A stretch of DNA of 20,000 nt from sequence record SRR22947725_654; one strand, given 5' to 3'. How positions within the stretch are numbered: the first letter of the stretch is position 1; every line of letters begins with the position of its first letter. The notes under the pieces are model-generated. The model worked only from the letters and a program-made list of their open reading frames with translations, was not told where the DNA came from and ran no database searches. Position numbers and translations under genes: made by a program. Of this stretch, positions 18,480 through 20,000 are shown piece by piece.

Positions 18480-19886
18480 TTATATGCTTTCGATGGATAT
18501 GTTTACTCTCTCTTTTGATTTCTTATATATTTCTGGATAGTGAATTTCATCCTGATTTAATAAATGTACGCTTGGATCCTCAATGCCCTTAGCATAATCA
18601 ATCCACTTCTGGATTATTATTGCATCACTTATGTTAAAGCCACGGAGACTCAACCTTCGATTTTCATTTAAATTTTGTGGATTTTTTGTATCATAATTTT
18701 GTTCAATGGCTTTCCAATTTGAGGAATATTTCATAACATGGTTGCCATTTTTATTAGTTTCTTCATATTCAGGGAAAGAAAGTGGGTATTCAGAGCAACC
18801 CCTTTTTACGGTAACCAATAAATCTAACCCTATTCGATTTTTAATAATTAAATCGACATACTTTGCAATATTGTTAGCCTGTTCCAGACTATTACAATAA
18901 ATTAGTCCTTTATAAAAACCAGAAACATTTGGCCTTAGTTCAACATAGCACTTACGAGTATTATTTTCATCAAGGTCTAGCTCATCAAAAACAACAAATA
19001 ATTTTATAAGATCAATTACTGAGTTAGGTTCAACTTGAACCTTGAAGCAACTAAAACAAAACTCAGGGATAATACCATGCTCTTTAAAGATTGACATATG
19101 TCTTCTGCAGTTCAAAGAGGTAGTATTATTTCTATATATTTGAGTCTCTTGATAAGTTAATTTTTTTAAATTCTTATTTATAAGTTTCGTTGTTGTTAAG
19201 AATAAATTAATGGCTGTATTATTTGAAATAACCTTTGAAACATTATTATTAATTTTAATTTTTCGTATTTCTTTATTGATTTGGATCAATGAGTTTAAAA
19301 TCTGTTTTTTAGGAGTATAAAACGTCAATAATTTAATAATATTTGAATTAGCGTTAGCATCGTCAGGGTTTAATCTAATTGCTTCTGATAGATTGTCAGC
19401 CGCTGATTCAAAATCTCCAATTTCAATCAATGAGTTAGCGATATTATTAAAGGCTGCTGCAAAGTTAGGATTAATCAATATCGCTTTTGAATAGCTTACA
19501 ATTGCATCTTCGAAGTTACCTTGGATATGCTGAATAAAGCCAATATTATTGAAAGAATCAGCATAATTTGGTTTAATCATTATCGCTTTTGAATAACTTT
19601 CAATTGCCTCATCAAAATAGTTTTTACTTTGCTGTGCAACTCCCATATTGTAAAATGCCTCATGATAATTAGGTCTAATTTTTACTGCTTTTTTATAATA
19701 TTTTAATGCTTGATCAAATTGAGATAATTCTGCACTTATTGCCCCAATTATATTTAAAGTGATTGCTGAGCTTGGGAACTGCTCAAGTAGTTTATGAGCA
19801 TTTGATAACGCTAGTTTAGATTTTCTATCTGTATGAAGATTAATTATTGATTGTATTAAATCCAAAGGAGGGTCTTGACTTGACAT
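18480..19886 (-). CDS. Tetratricopeptide repeat protein with an uncharacterised Cys-rich C-terminal domain
   Basis: About 4-5 tandem 34-aa TPRs (e.g. AFYNMGVAQQSKNYFDEAIESYSKAIMIKPNYAD / SFNNIGFIQHIQGNFEDAIVSYSKAILINPNFAA), followed by a ~280-aa region containing six Cys. Confidence 0.88.
   Translation of the reverse strand: MSSQDPPLDLIQSIINLHTDRKSKLALSNAHKLLEQFPSSAITLNIIGAISAELSQFDQALKYYKKAVKIRPNYHEAFYNMGVAQQSKNYFDEAIESYSKAIMIKPNYADSFNNIGFIQHIQGNFEDAIVSYSKAILINPNFAAAFNNIANSLIEIGDFESAADNLSEAIRLNPDDANANSNIIKLLTFYTPKKQILNSLIQINKEIRKIKINNNVSKVISNNTAINLFLTTTKLINKNLKKLTYQETQIYRNNTTSLNCRRHMSIFKEHGIIPEFCFSCFKVQVEPNSVIDLIKLFVVFDELDLDENNTRKCYVELRPNVSGFYKGLIYCNSLEQANNIAKYVDLIIKNRIGLDLLVTVKRGCSEYPLSFPEYEETNKNGNHVMKYSSNWKAIEQNYDTKNPQNLNENRRLSLRGFNISDAIIIQKWIDYAKGIEDPSVHLLNQDEIHYPEIYKKSKERVNISIESI
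19479..19595. repeat. 102-nt-period internal repeat encoding TPR units
   Basis: TATCGCTTTTGAATA occurs at 19479-19493 and 19581-19595, exactly 102 nt (34 codons) apart. Confidence 0.85.
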
Positions 19887-19970
19887 ACTTCTATTATATT
19901 TATTTAGTATTCTATTTTACTTCTCTTTTATGAGGGAGAAAATAAACACTTGATTTATTATAAAAATGTA

Positions 19971-20000
19971 TGGCGGAGAGAGAGGGATTCGAACCCTCGA
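19971..20000 (-). tRNA. 3' end of a tRNA, most likely tRNA-Ser (truncated by the window edge)
   Basis: The minus strand reads TCGAGGGTTCGAATCCCTCTCTCTCCGCCA: T-arm GAGGG-TTCGAAT-CCCTC, acceptor 3' strand, discriminator G and CCA, as is typical of GGAGAG-starting tRNA-Ser. The anticodon is outside the window. Confidence 0.9.

Noticed and set aside
225..18900. Many short alternative-frame or antisense ORFs in the track (e.g. 225-413, 1782-2009, 2707-2937, 7450-7641, 7801-8208, 13101-13355, 17133-17347, 18706-18900)
   Set aside because: All lie within or opposite well-supported genes and show no recognisable motifs, so they are expected shadow ORFs. The 7450-7641 region is explained by lpxK and ycaR on the + strand.
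19921..19940. Hairpin TTCTC...GAGAA downstream of tRNA-Ser as a terminator
   Set aside because: The stem is short on the transcribed (minus) strand and has no U-tract, which is too weak to call.
1..20000. CRISPR arrays, IS elements, prophage, or a recognisable multi-gene defence system
   Set aside because: I saw no spaced repeat arrays, transposases, integrases, phage structural genes or known defence domains. Nearly all bases are accounted for by housekeeping genes.

Overview
This is a dense, AT-rich bacterial chromosome window with very short or overlapping intergenic spaces. It looks like a streamlined marine gammaproteobacterium; SUP05/Thioglobaceae-like is my inference from protein style and gene set, not a verified assignment. 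Most of it is housekeeping: the 3' part of hemD, an orphan ORF, infA, tRNA-Leu(CAA), the Na+-pumping oxaloacetate decarboxylase oadGAB, lolE/C-lolD, lpxK-ycaR(Trm112)-kdsB-folD-glutaredoxin, purEK, thiG-bioF-bioH, a Gfo/Idh/MocA oxidoreductase, upp, a fold-IV aminotransferase, a CPD photolyase, a TPR protein, and the 3' end of a tRNA-Ser at the right edge. ycaR is missing from the ORF track. I saw no CRISPR array, transposase, integrase or riboswitch. The best leads are four. (1) The aminotransferase carries (R)-selective amine transaminase motifs rather than IlvE motifs. (2) A very AT-rich TPR protein with an unassigned Cys-rich C-terminal domain lies just downstream of tRNA-Ser. (3) A small HExxH zincin resembling marine phage proteins sits in core DNA. 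(4) A -10-like hexamer recurs 6-9 nt before ATGs that lack a Shine-Dalgarno (SD) site, hinting at leaderless mRNAs. I cannot support a complete novel multi-gene system from this sequence alone.
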